A stretch of DNA of 64,000 nucleotides from the NCBI GenBank assembly GCA_963674745.2, contig CAXXDV010000002.1, positions 1-64,000 of the forward strand, given 5' to 3'. The notes below the pieces were generated by a model that worked only from the letters and a program-made list of their open reading frames with translations, was not told the DNA's origin and made no database searches. This DNA comes from Desulfosudaceae bacterium. Lineage in GTDB: Bacteria; Desulfobacterota; Desulfobacteria; Desulfobacterales; Desulfosudaceae. A program made the position numbers and the translations under genes. Every line of letters begins with the position of its first letter. The stretch's first letter is position 1. Positions 50,972 through 61,479 of the stretch are shown here, piece by piece.

Positions 50972-52639
50972 TTATTGAAAATTGGAGTGGTAAATCTCTT
51001 CCTGCTCGTCCAGGATATCGATTAAGATCGCCATGTCCGTCATGGGGTTCATGATGACACAGCGCAGTACCACGATGCCTTTTTCATCATGCTTGCGCAT
51101 CAACGTGGTCCGTGAGACAAAGCTTTTTCCCGCTTCCCGCTGTACCCGCTGGACCGTCCGGTTGATCTCGTTCAGTTCGGCTGTGGCCCGGCCCCGTTCT
51201 TCTTCACCGCCCTGTATCATGACCTTTTTGAGGTGCGGCGGGCAGACCCGGTAGGTCAGGATGTTGAGCTGGGGATGTGTGACCACTTCAAACAGTCGCC
51301 TTTTGTCAATCTCCCGGGCGAAATTCCGGGCGGTAATCAGGCCGTGGTCGATCAGCAGGGCGTATCCGTTTTTGCCCATGATTTTAAGGGCGCTGTCTAA
51401 GACCAGTGAGTTGGCTTCCCGGGATCCGGCCAGTGACTTGATGCCGAGGTCGACCGAACCGCGCCGGTTGACGTAGTTGGCGTGATAGGACACCTGGTCC
51501 ATCATGTAAGGGTCTTTGAAGTAGACCATGCCGCAGCTCATGGGCATGTAGAACTGCTTGTGACCGTCAATGGTCACCGAATCGGCCAGTTCGATGCCGT
51601 CCAGCAGGTGCTTGTGCTTTTCCGACATGAGGGTCGGTCCTCCCCAGGCCGCATCCACATGATAGAAAATGTTTTCCCTGGCGCAGATTTCGCCTATTTC
51701 CCGTAAAGGATCAATGGCGCCGGTTTCGGTGGCGCCGGCAATTCCCACCACGGCAATGATTTTGGTCGCGGCGTCCTTTTTGATGTCCTCGATGGTATTG
51801 GTCAGACAATTGATGTCGAGTCGATGCTCATTGTCGACATCAACCGGAACAATATTCCGGTTGCCGATGCCGAGAACCCCGCCGGCTTTTCTCAGGGAAT
51901 AGTGTCCCCGCCGGGAAACCAGGATAACGCTTTTTTTGACTCCGTAATGGCGGTATGCCGCCATAAGTCCTTCGTCTTCGATGCCTTCGAAGGCGGCGCT
52001 CTCCTGCCGGGGAAAAGCCATGTTCCTGGCCACCCACAGGGCCGTCAGATTGGCCGTTGTGCCGCCTTCGACAAAACAACCCAGGGTTGTATGAATATTC
52101 TGGACATGCAGATCGTAAAACGCTTCCGGCAGCTGAAATATCAGACGATGGATTTTGGCCAGTACCTGTTTTTCAAGAACGGAAAATACTTTTGAGGTTT
52201 CCAGTTTGACCACATTCTGGTTTAAGGCGGCGGCGATGGTTTTTAAGTGAACCATGAAAAACGGAATGGCGGATGTCATATGACCGACAAAATAGGGGGA
52301 GGCCACGTTCACGCCGTGGGGAGAGATGTCTTTGATCAACTCCCGGATGACGTCAGCCAGCTTTTTTTCCGGATTTTCATTGATGCGGGTTTCCTTGAAA
52401 CAGTCGGCCAACTCTTTTAAGCTGATGGCTTCGGTGATGCCGACATGTTTTTTGAGAAAATCGTGAAGTCCGAAAAGGATCTGCTCCATATATTTAACCA
52501 GCGTCGCCCGGCAGGCCTCGTCTTCAGGCCGGATAAAGGCCCGCATCAAAGCATCCCAGTCGGCTATTAATGTGGTCGGAGGGGTAGGCGTGGTCTGGTC
52601 AGGCGGTATTTCCACAGTCGGGGTTTTAATGTTCCGCAT
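50972..52639 (-). CDS. panP: Pyridoxal-dependent (group II) aspartate 1-decarboxylase, PanP-like
   Basis: FVGHMTSA, LNQNVVKLETSK, GGTTANLTALWVARN, HVDAAWGG, DGHKQFY (PLP Lys). Confidence 0.82.
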   Translation of the reverse strand: MRNIKTPTVEIPPDQTTPTPPTTLIADWDALMRAFIRPEDEACRATLVKYMEQILFGLHDFLKKHVGITEAISLKELADCFKETRINENPEKKLADVIRELIKDISPHGVNVASPYFVGHMTSAIPFFMVHLKTIAAALNQNVVKLETSKVFSVLEKQVLAKIHRLIFQLPEAFYDLHVQNIHTTLGCFVEGGTTANLTALWVARNMAFPRQESAAFEGIEDEGLMAAYRHYGVKKSVILVSRRGHYSLRKAGGVLGIGNRNIVPVDVDNEHRLDINCLTNTIEDIKKDAATKIIAVVGIAGATETGAIDPLREIGEICARENIFYHVDAAWGGPTLMSEKHKHLLDGIELADSVTIDGHKQFYMPMSCGMVYFKDPYMMDQVSYHANYVNRRGSVDLGIKSLAGSREANSLVLDSALKIMGKNGYALLIDHGLITARNFAREIDKRRLFEVVTHPQLNILTYRVCPPHLKKVMIQGGEEERGRATAELNEINRTVQRVQREAGKSFVSRTTLMRKHDEKGIVVLRCVIMNPMTDMAILIDILDEQEEIYHSNFQ

Positions 52640-52814
52640 TGTATTTATTTACCTGTTTTAACAGCAAAAATAAGGACTCATGTCCAAAATTTATTTATAT
52701 TACCATCAGTGCGACCGGATTTCAAAATAAAATTGATGTTATTCAAAGGGGTTTTGTTTTTCAAACAGAATTATCAAAAAGTTGGAATCGTCCATGATTT
52801 GCTGCCGACAACAG

Positions 52815-52852
52815 TTGACATGCCATTAAACTTTATATAAAAGTATAGAGCG
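52815..52852 (+). promoter_or_regulatory. Probable sigma70 promoter of fdh with an overlapping ModE-like dyad
   Basis: TTGACA at 52815-52820, AT-rich -10 region, AACTTTATA-N6-TATAGAGCG. Confidence 0.45.
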
Positions 52853-52933
52853 GCTTTTTATAGCAGCCGATAATATTGAAAATACAGTATAGATTAAGGT
52901 TTATTAAGCGGTTCCGGGAGGACAGGTTGTAAA

Positions 52934-55699
52934 ATGAGCAATAAAATTAATATTAACGGGAATGAGTTGGAATTTGATCCGGGTGAAACGATTCTTGATG
53001 TCGCCGGAAGAAACCGTATTGATATTCCCACCCTTTGTCACTTGAACGGCACGACGCCGACGGGGAAATGCCGGGTCTGTGTGGTCGAGGTGTCCGGCAG
53101 GGATGAACTGGTCACGGCCTGCTCCACGGCCGCGGAAGATAACATGACGGTAAAAACGGAATCACCGAGGGTGGTCGCCTCCCGGCGCGAGACGATTGCG
53201 GCCATGCTGGCCTCGGGAAATCATAATTGTACCATCAGCGGAACATCGGGAAAAAACTGGACCCAGTTTCAGCTTGGGGTTCACCAGGCGGATGGGGCGG
53301 CCGAGTTGTGCCCTGCCTGGGGGGATTGCCGGCTTCAGGATTTGGCCTACCGATATCAGGTGAAAGGCAACACTCCCGGCCACGACGGTGCTCCCTGGCC
53401 CATGGAGACGGTTAATCCCTTTATTATTCGAGATTTTTCAAGATGCATCGGCTGTGGCCGTTGCGTTAAGGCCTGCCGGGAAGTCCAGGTCAATAATGCC
53501 ATTGAATTCAAGGAAGCCGCGGACGGGGCCATTGAAAAAGTGATTACCAGAGGCGATAAGCCGCTGGCGGATTCCGATTGCGTGTTCTGTGGTGAATGTG
53601 TCCAGGCCTGTCCGGTGGGGGCACTGGTTTTCAAAAGCACCCGTTTTGAGGCCCGGCCCTGGGAAACCCGAAAGGTGAAAACCACCTGTTCCTACTGCGG
53701 TGTGGGTTGCCAGTTGTATCTGCACGTCAAGGACAACACCGTCAGAAAAGTGACCGGAGTTGAAGATAGTGCGCCCAATTACGGCAGCCTGTGCGTTAAA
53801 GGTCGCTTCGGATATGACTTTATCTCCTCTGAAGAACGGCTGATCAAGCCGTTGATCAAAAAAGACGGTAAGTTTGCGGAAGTCGAATGGGATGAGGCCA
53901 TTAAATACGTGGCTGACCGACTGTCGGAAATCAAAGCGCAATCCGGCCCGGACAGCATCGGTGTTTTCACTTCGGCGCGGGTTACCAATGAAGAGAATTT
54001 TCTGGCCCACAAGTTTGCCCGGGCGGTGTTGAAAACAAATAACATAGACCATTGCGCCCGTCTCTGACATTCCTCAACTGTGGCCGGTCTGGCCGCGGCA
54101 TTCGGCAGTGGCGCCATGACAAATCCGATTGCGGATATTGAGCAGGCGGAAGTGATTCTGGCGACGGGTACCAACACCACCGAGAATCATCCGGTTATTT
54201 CAACCTATGTAAAACGGGCTGTGGAAAAGAAAAAGGCCCGGTTGATCGTCGTGGATCCCCGGCGCATCAAGCTGGTGGATTTTGCCGACAAATGGGTTCG
54301 GCCCAATACCGGCTCGGATGTGGCCTGGATCAACGGGTTGATGCATGTCATCATCAAGGAAGATCTTTACGACAAGACGTTTGTCGAGTCCCGGACAGAG
54401 GGCTTTCAGGATCTGAAAAACATGGTGGAAAAATTCACCCCGGAATTTGTGGAAAGCATCACCGGCATTTCGGCCAATGATATTATCGAATTGGCCCGGA
54501 CCTATGCCGCGGCAAAACCGGGCACGATTCTTTATTGCATGGGGATTACCCAGCATACCACCGGAACCGATAACGTCAAGTCCCTGGCCAACCTGGCCAT
54601 GCTGTGCGGTAACCTGGGCGTGGTCGGCGGCGGCGTCAATCCCCTGCGGGGGCAGAACAACGTCCAGGGCGCCTGCGACATGGGCGGTTTGCCCAATGTG
54701 CTCTCCGGGTATCAGCCGGTTACCAATGACGACGCCAGAGCCAAGCTGGAGCAGGCCTGGGGTGTGACGGACCTTCCGGCTAATCCCGGCCTGACGGTGA
54801 CCCAGATGGTTCCCAAGGCCCATGAGGGTGAGATCAAGGCCCTGTATATTATCGGTGAGAACCCCCTGGTTTCGGATCCTGATTTGAATCATGCCCGGGA
54901 CTGCTTTGCTCATCTTGATTTTCTGGTGGTGCAGGACATTTTCCTGACCGAGACAGCACAGATGGCCGACGTGGTCCTGCCGTCCACCTGTTTTGCCGAA
55001 AAGGAAGGAACCTTCTCCAATACCGAACGCCGGGTGCAGCGGGTACGTAAAGCGGTTGAACCACCCGGTGAGGCCCGTGAAGACTGGAAAATTATCGCCG
55101 ATATCGCCACGGCTATGGGCGTTCCCATGTCCTATCGTAATGCCGAAGAAATCATGGCCGAGATCGCCCAATTAACCCCGTCTTACGGCGGTATCAGCTA
55201 TGACCGGATCGAAAAGGCGGGGCTGCACTGGCCCTGTCCCACCGCAGATCATCCCGGTACACCGGTCCTGCACGTCGGTCAGTTCCCCTGTGGGCGTGGA
55301 AATTTTCACGCCATTGATTATCTGCCGCCGGCCGAACAGGTGGACGAAGAATACCCGGTCTGCCTGACAACCGGTCGGATTATCTATCACTATCATACCG
55401 GCACCATGACGCGGAAAAGTGAAGGTTTGAACGAACGGGCGCCCGAAAATTTCGTGGAAATGGCTGCTGAAGATGCCAGGCGGTTCGGCGTCGACGATGG
55501 CAGCCTGATCAATATCGTCTCACGCCGGGGAAAAATTTCCGCCAGGGCGAATGTTTCCGAAAAAGGTGTGGCGGGAACGGTTTTTATACCATTTCATTTT
55601 GCGGAATCAGCAGTTAACCTGCTGACGAACGCGGCTCTGGATCCGATTGCAAAGATACCCGAATACAAGGTTTGTGCTGTCAGGATCGAAAAAGCCTGA
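52934..55699 (+). CDS. fdhA: Selenocysteine-containing formate dehydrogenase alpha subunit with NuoG-like Fe-S N-terminus (921 aa, cytoplasmic)
   Basis: ORFs 52934-54067 and 54080-55699 are in frame across TGA 54065-54067 in [21 protein letters not shown]; no Tat signal. Confidence 0.95.
54078..54098 (+). other. Bacterial SECIS stem-loop
   Basis: CTGTGGCC-GGTCT-GGCCGCGG hairpin starting 11 nt after the in-frame UGA. Confidence 0.9.
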
Positions 55700-55831
55700 T
55701 CAGAACCAGACCGGTACGGGCGCTGAAAGGCGGACGGTTTTTACGTTCACGCCGCCGGTGGGTTATATCGGGCATACGCCGGTTGAAGGGTAGTCTTATT
55801 CAAACCCAGTAGTTCTAGGAGGTACTATACG

Positions 55832-56026
55832 ATGCTGGTCCTGACACGTAAGTTGAACGAAAAAGTTCGGGTGGGTGATAATATTGTCGTCACCATTATC
55901 CAGATTGATAAAGGCAGCGTCAAGATAGGCTTTGAAGCGCCTGAAGATGTCGCCATATACAGAGACGAGGTTTACGAAAAGATTCAAAACGAAGATCGCG
56001 GTGCCCGAAGCGGCGCTGATGATTAA
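55832..56026 (+). CDS. csrA: Carbon storage regulator CsrA
   Basis: MLVLTRK..E.VRVGDNI..V.IGFEAPEDVAIYRDEVY; AGGAGG RBS. Confidence 0.93.
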   Translation: MLVLTRKLNEKVRVGDNIVVTIIQIDKGSVKIGFEAPEDVAIYRDEVYEKIQNEDRGARSGADD

Positions 56027-56043
56027 TGCCGGGTGACGTTGCC

Positions 56044-56913
56044 ATGCATTATGAAGGAAATATGATCCGTCCGCCAAGTGAGGCATACAGTATTCTGCTG
56101 CAGGCCACGGTGGGCTGTTCTCATAACAAGTGTACGTTCTGCGGTGCCTATAAGGGCGTTCGTTTCAAAATAAAACCGGATGACATTATTTTTGAAGACA
56201 TCGCCTTTGCGGCCCGGCACTGCCGCCGGCAGAATCGCCTTTTTATCTGTGACGGAGACGCCCTGATTATTCCCCAGAAGCGGCTGCTGGCCATATTAAA
56301 GGAAATCGAGCGCCAGTTACCCTGGGTGGAACGGGTGGGGGTGTATGCCAATACCAAGGGACTGAAAATGAAGTCCGATGAAGAATTGCGCGAGTTGCGG
56401 CAGCACGGGCTCAAAATCGCTTACATGGGCCTGGAAAGTGGTGATGATGAAACCCTGCGCCATGTGAACAAGGGTGCAACGGCGGATACCATGATCGCCA
56501 TGGGCCAAAAAGCGCGGCAGGCCGGAATTAAATTGTCGATAACCGTTCTTCTGGGCCTGGCCGGCCGGGAACGGTCGGAGATCCATGCCGAGAAAACGGG
56601 TCAGGTCCTTTCGGCCATAGACCCCGAATATGTGGGGGCTTTGAGCCTGATGCTGATCCCCGGCACGGCACTTTATGATGAATACGCGGCCGGACATTTT
56701 CCGATTCTGACACCGGAAGAAACCCTGCGTGAACTAAGAACCATGATCGCTCATACCGATCTGTCCGGCGGGCTGTTCCATGCCAACCATGCTTCTAATT
56801 ATCTGCCCATCAAAGCCCGGCTGCCGGAAGAAAAAACAGCCACCTTAAGGCTCATCAACAGAGCCCTGGACGGGCAGATCCAACTTAAACCGGAACATTT
56901 AAGAGCTTTGTAA
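56044..56913 (+). CDS. Radical SAM protein of unknown function
   Basis: MHYEG..IRPPSEA, CSHNKCTFC (CxxxCxxC), GLESG, NHASNY. Confidence 0.9.
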   Translation: MHYEGNMIRPPSEAYSILLQATVGCSHNKCTFCGAYKGVRFKIKPDDIIFEDIAFAARHCRRQNRLFICDGDALIIPQKRLLAILKEIERQLPWVERVGVYANTKGLKMKSDEELRELRQHGLKIAYMGLESGDDETLRHVNKGATADTMIAMGQKARQAGIKLSITVLLGLAGRERSEIHAEKTGQVLSAIDPEYVGALSLMLIPGTALYDEYAAGHFPILTPEETLRELRTMIAHTDLSGGLFHANHASNYLPIKARLPEEKTATLRLINRALDGQIQLKPEHLRAL

Positions 56914-56948
56914 CCTTTTAACCCCAAGGCACTTTCAGGAGGAAACAT

Positions 56949-58967
56949 ATGGGTGCTGCTGTTTCTAATAACCGTTCGACATTAGACGATTTGTGCATCA
57001 ACACGATCCGTTGCCTGGCCATTGACGCCATTCAGAAAGCCAATTCCGGTCATCCCGGGGCACCCATGGGGCTGGCCGCCGCCGGTTATGTCCTCTGGAC
57101 CCGGGTGTTGAAACATCATCCCGGCAGCCCGGACTGGGCCGACCGCGACCGTTTCGTCCTTTCCGGCGGTCACGCCTCCATGCTTCTTTACAGCCTGCTG
57201 CACCTGACCGGTTATCCGCTTTCCCTTGAGGACATTAAACAGTTCCGGCAGCTGGGCAGCAAAACACCCGGCCATCCGGAATACGGTCATACCCCGGGTG
57301 TGGAGACCACCACCGGCCCCCTGGGGCAGGGTTTTGCCAATGCCGTGGGCATGGCCATGGCCGAACAGCACCTGGCCCAGACGTTCAATCGCGATCAATT
57401 CGATATCATCAATCATTTTACCTATGTCATGTGCGGTGATGGTGACCTGATGGAAGGGCTCAGCTACGAGGCCGCCTCTCTGGCCGGTCACCTGGGTTTA
57501 GGCAAGCTGATCTGCCTCTATGACGACAATGAAATTTCTATTGAAGGCAGTACGGACATCACCTTTACCGAAGACGTGGCCGCCCGATTCAAGGCCTGTG
57601 GATGGCAGGTGCTACCTGTTGATGACGGTAACAATACCGAAGAAATTTATCGGGCTTTGAGGACGGCGCAGAACGAAACCGCCAAGCCCTCGCTGATTAT
57701 TTTAAAAACCCATATCGCTTTCGGCAGCCCCAACAAACAGGATACGGCCGATGCCCATGGTGCGCCCCTGGGCGAAGAAGAGGTCGCTTTAACCAAACAG
57801 AAACTGGGGTTTCCGGCGGAAAAATCTTTTTATATACCCGACGAAGCCCTGGCGGAATTCAGAAAATGCCTGGATTCGGGAGCGGCCGATGAAAAGGCCT
57901 GGCTGGAAAAATACAGGGCTTATGCCGATGCCCATCCGGACCTGGCCGACCAATGGGTCAGTGCCGTGACCAATTTTCTGCCGGCCGAGTGGGACAATGA
58001 TCTGCCGGAATTTACGCCTGAAGACGGGCCCATCGCCACCCGGGCGGCTTCCGGCAAGGTGTTGAACAAAGCGGCCGAGATTATTCCCACCCTGATCGGC
58101 GGCTCAGCCGACCTGGCACCGTCCAACAAAACGTTTCTGCAGTGCTGTGGTGAGTTCCAGAAAGGATGCTGTACAGAACGCAATATTCGTTTCGGTGTCC
58201 GGGAACATGCCATGGCGTCCGTCATGTCCGGCATGTATCTTCACGGCGGGCTGAGGCCTTATGGCGGGACCTTTCTGGTTTTTGCCGATTACATGCGCCC
58301 GGCCATACGCGTGGCCAGCCTCATGAAACTGTCCCTGATTTACGTTTTCACCCATGACAGCGTGGCCGTGGGTGAGGACGGTCCCACCCATCAACCCGTT
58401 GAGCACCTGGCCTCTCTGAGGAGCATGCCCGGGCTGACGGTCATCCGGCCGGCCGATGCCAATGAAACGGCAGACGCCTGGCGCCAGGCGATCCGGGCCA
58501 CTTCCGGCCCCGTGGCCCTGGTTTTAAGCCGCCAGAAACTGCCGGTACTCGATCCCGAACGGACAAAAGACAAACTGGCCACCGGGGCATATATACTGGA
58601 CGATTGTGACGGCAAACCGGATATTATCCTGATCGCTACCGGCGCCGAGGTCCACGTGACCCTGGAAGCGAAAAAGCTGCTAACCGATAAAGGCATCGCC
58701 GTCCGGGTGGTCAGCATGCCGAGCTGGGAGTTGTTTGACGGGAACCACAGCGATTACAGAAAGATGGTTCTCATTCCCGGTGTCCCCTGCCTGTCGGTTG
58801 AAGCCGGTTCACCTTTTGGATGGGAGCGGTATACCGGCAGCAGTGAAGCCATTGTGGGAATCGATCGTTTCGGCACCTCGGCACCGGGCGGAACGGTTTT
58901 AAAGGAACTCGGGTTTACAGCGGAGAATATTGCCGAAAAAGCGACAGCGTTACTGGACGGCGAATAA
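56949..58967 (+). CDS. tkt: Transketolase
   Basis: [51 protein letters not shown]. Confidence 0.98.
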   Translation: MGAAVSNNRSTLDDLCINTIRCLAIDAIQKANSGHPGAPMGLAAAGYVLWTRVLKHHPGSPDWADRDRFVLSGGHASMLLYSLLHLTGYPLSLEDIKQFRQLGSKTPGHPEYGHTPGVETTTGPLGQGFANAVGMAMAEQHLAQTFNRDQFDIINHFTYVMCGDGDLMEGLSYEAASLAGHLGLGKLICLYDDNEISIEGSTDITFTEDVAARFKACGWQVLPVDDGNNTEEIYRALRTAQNETAKPSLIILKTHIAFGSPNKQDTADAHGAPLGEEEVALTKQKLGFPAEKSFYIPDEALAEFRKCLDSGAADEKAWLEKYRAYADAHPDLADQWVSAVTNFLPAEWDNDLPEFTPEDGPIATRAASGKVLNKAAEIIPTLIGGSADLAPSNKTFLQCCGEFQKGCCTERNIRFGVREHAMASVMSGMYLHGGLRPYGGTFLVFADYMRPAIRVASLMKLSLIYVFTHDSVAVGEDGPTHQPVEHLASLRSMPGLTVIRPADANETADAWRQAIRATSGPVALVLSRQKLPVLDPERTKDKLATGAYILDDCDGKPDIILIATGAEVHVTLEAKKLLTDKGIAVRVVSMPSWELFDGNHSDYRKMVLIPGVPCLSVEAGSPFGWERYTGSSEAIVGIDRFGTSAPGGTVLKELGFTAENIAEKATALLDGE

Positions 58968-58973
58968 GGGGAA

Positions 58974-59909
58974 ATGACGGCAAATATTGTAGGCAACAGC
59001 AGTGAACTGCTGAATGTGCTGAAAAAAGCCGAAGCCTTCGCGCCTGTGCCACGACCACTTCTTATTCGTGGGGAGCGGGGGACCGGCAAGGAAATGCTTG
59101 CCCGGTTTATCCACAGTAAAAGCACCTATGCCGATGGTCCTTTTATTGCCGTGAACTGCGCGGTCTTTAATGATGAACTTCTATCCAGCGAATTGTTCGG
59201 TCATGAAAAAGGCGCTTTTACCGGTTCCGTAGCCCGCCATCGGGGATGTTTGGAGAATGCCTTTGGCGGCACCCTGTTTTTCGATGAAGTGGGCAATATG
59301 TCGCCCCGCTTCCAGGAAAGCCTGTTGCGGGTTTTTGAAACCAGGCAGTTCCGGCGCTTGGGTGGCCGGGAAACAATTAGTGTTGATGTCCGATTTGTTT
59401 TTGCCACCAACGCGGATCTTGAGGCCATGATGGCCCAGGGCGAATTCCGCAATGATTTTTATGATCGCATCGCTTTTGAAACCCTCACACTCCCGCCGTT
59501 GCGTCAACGCCGGCAAGATATCCCCTTACTAATCAGGCATTTTACTCTTATGCTGGCCGGTGAAATTCCCAATTTTGAACCCAAACAGTTTTCCGGTCAG
59601 GCAGTCCGCCGCATGGTTGATTATTATTGGCCGGGCAATATCCGGGAACTCAAAAACGTGGTGGAGAGGCTTCAACTCCAGCCGGGTGATGAGATCGTTC
59701 AGATGTCCGATCTGCCCCTGGAAATTACTGCCGCCGCACCGGCCGGCAATACGTTTAATGAAAAGGTGGAGGCGTTCAAGAAACACCTTATTTTAAGCGC
59801 CTGGCTGGACTCCGGTAAGAATCAGAAAAAGGCCGCTGACAGACTTGGTATAAGTTATGATCAGTTTCGCCATTATTACAGGAAGTATGGACTGAACGAT
59901 ATGTTTTGA
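58974..59909 (+). CDS. pspF: PspF-like sigma54 activator (no N-terminal regulatory domain)
   Basis: GERGTGKE, SELFGHEKGAFTG, WPGNIRELKNVVER, NQKKAADRLGISYDQFR; adjacent to pspA. Confidence 0.85.
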   Translation: MTANIVGNSSELLNVLKKAEAFAPVPRPLLIRGERGTGKEMLARFIHSKSTYADGPFIAVNCAVFNDELLSSELFGHEKGAFTGSVARHRGCLENAFGGTLFFDEVGNMSPRFQESLLRVFETRQFRRLGGRETISVDVRFVFATNADLEAMMAQGEFRNDFYDRIAFETLTLPPLRQRRQDIPLLIRHFTLMLAGEIPNFEPKQFSGQAVRRMVDYYWPGNIRELKNVVERLQLQPGDEIVQMSDLPLEITAAAPAGNTFNEKVEAFKKHLILSAWLDSGKNQKKAADRLGISYDQFRHYYRKYGLNDMF

Positions 59910-59922
59910 ACTAGATCTGTTC

Positions 59923-59957
59923 TGGTGTTTTTCACCTTTTTTTGGTGGAAAACACCA
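59923..59957. promoter_or_regulatory. Tandem PspF-type upstream activator sites
   Basis: TGGTG-TTTTT-CACC and GGTG-GAAAA-CACCA, each a dyad and together an inverted repeat (13/14 match). Confidence 0.7.
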
Positions 59958-60044
59958 TTGGAATTTGATATTGTTTAAATGTTTTCTGTGGTGGGCGGGC
60001 TTGAAAGCCTTTTTTTTCAGCCAGTTAAGCATCCCCTCTTTTTT

Positions 60045-60060
60045 TGGCACAGGATTTGAA
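60045..60060 (+). promoter_or_regulatory. Sigma54 promoter of pspA (variant -12)
   Basis: TGGCAC-AGGAT-TTGAA. Confidence 0.7.
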
Positions 60061-60111
60061 TTGTTATCGTTAAACAATGACCAAACCAGAAGCAAAAAAG
60101 GGGGCATCATT

Positions 60112-60816
60112 ATGGCGATTATATCCAGAATTAAACGAATCATTTCGGCAAACATCAACAGCCTTATTGAAAAGGCTGAGAATCCCGAATCATTGCTCAA
60201 GGAACTCATTCGGGAAATGGATGAAAATATCATCAAGTTGCGAAACGAGATCATTAAAGCCATCGCAGCGGAAAAACGACTTGCCCGTCAGGTAGATACT
60301 ACTCGTAAAAACATTAATACCTGGAAGGAAAACAGTGAAAAAGCGGTGCGGGACGAAAACGACGATCTGGCCAGAAAAGCCATTGCTCGCAAGATTCAGG
60401 AAGAAAACAAGCTTCCCGAACTGGTGGAACAGCTTAATCGGGCCGTTCAGTCCGGCGGAACATTAAAAGAGCAGCTTCGTCTGCTTGAGGACAAGGTCCA
60501 GGACGCCCGTCGCCGTCAAGAAATACTGGTCGCCCGCAAGCGAAGCGCCCAGGCCCATCAGTCCATGCTGAACGCGACCAGGAATTTCGCCGACGCCGCC
60601 AGAAAGAGTGACGCCCTGTTGGCGGAGGCCCAGCTTATGACGCCTGGTACGGTCGCGTCTCTGGAAGACGAAGTGTTGCGTATGGAGACCGAAGCCGAGG
60701 CCATGCAGGAAGTATTAATTCGGGAACCGTCGCTGGAAGAGGTGTTTGAGAAAACCTGCCGCGATGATGCCATAGAACATCAGCTTCGGGAATTAAAGAA
60801 AAAATTGAATAGCTGA
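60112..60816 (+). CDS. pspA: PspA/IM30 family protein
   Basis: MAIISRIKRIISANINSLIEKAENPE, long coiled coil, EDLARKAI-like motif; start moved to ATG 60112. Confidence 0.93.
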   Translation: MAIISRIKRIISANINSLIEKAENPESLLKELIREMDENIIKLRNEIIKAIAAEKRLARQVDTTRKNINTWKENSEKAVRDENDDLARKAIARKIQEENKLPELVEQLNRAVQSGGTLKEQLRLLEDKVQDARRRQEILVARKRSAQAHQSMLNATRNFADAARKSDALLAEAQLMTPGTVASLEDEVLRMETEAEAMQEVLIREPSLEEVFEKTCRDDAIEHQLRELKKKLNS

Positions 60817-60861
60817 AGGTTCGGACCGGAATGGAATTGATAAATTACAGGAGCGAAATTT

Positions 60862-61437
60862 ATGGAAGCCTACTACAGCAGTCTGAGTGCCGTGCAGAAA
60901 GTCTTTCTCTTTTGCGCTCTGCTGGGAGGAGTCGTCTTTATTCTCCGGATGATCATGATGATGGCCGGGTTCGGGGATCATGATATACATGACGGTCATG
61001 TCGACTTTTCTGATTCGCATGGGGATGCCGATGCCAGTTTTAAGCTTTTTTCTCTGCACGGCCTGACAGGGTTTTTTATGATGTTCGGCCTGGTGGGGCT
61101 GGGGTTGTCAAGGCAGTTCTGGGTACCTGATATCGTTGCCGGCGGGGTGGGGGTGATCGCCGGCCTGTCAACGGTATGGATTTTAGGTAAATTGTCCACA
61201 GGGATGATCAAACTCCAGTCGGACGGCACGTTGCGGCTGAGTGACGCCATTGGCTCCCAGGGCAAAGTCTACCTGACGATACCCGAAGGCGGCACCGGTC
61301 AGGTCCAGGTGGCGTTTCAGGGACGCACCATGATTTATGATGGCGTTGCCGCCAACAAGGAATCCATCAAAACCGGCCAACCGATCGTGGTTATTGACAT
61401 TACCGGCGGCAATACATTGGTTGTGGAAAAGGCATGA
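60862..61437 (+). CDS. NfeD-like membrane protein (flotillin partner)
   Basis: Three TM helices, His/Asp-rich loop, C-terminal OB-fold (GKVYLTIP..GQVQV..TLVVEK). Confidence 0.85.
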   Translation: MEAYYSSLSAVQKVFLFCALLGGVVFILRMIMMMAGFGDHDIHDGHVDFSDSHGDADASFKLFSLHGLTGFFMMFGLVGLGLSRQFWVPDIVAGGVGVIAGLSTVWILGKLSTGMIKLQSDGTLRLSDAIGSQGKVYLTIPEGGTGQVQVAFQGRTMIYDGVAANKESIKTGQPIVVIDITGGNTLVVEKA

Positions 61438-61479
61438 GCAGGTAGCCTTTATTCAATATCTTAAGGGGAGGTAAAGATT

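Noticed and set aside
54065..54067. fdh as a nonsense pseudogene or two separate genes
   Set aside because: The UGA is at the catalytic Sec position and is followed by a SECIS hairpin
54200..55171. Long antisense ORFs (also 5238-6161, 13843-14625, 14986-15828, 62110-62820)
   Set aside because: They are shadows of well-supported genes on the opposite strand and show no recognisable motifs
59965..60111. 49-aa N-terminal extension of PspA given by the ORF track
   Set aside because: It spans the sigma54 promoter; family similarity starts at ATG 60112
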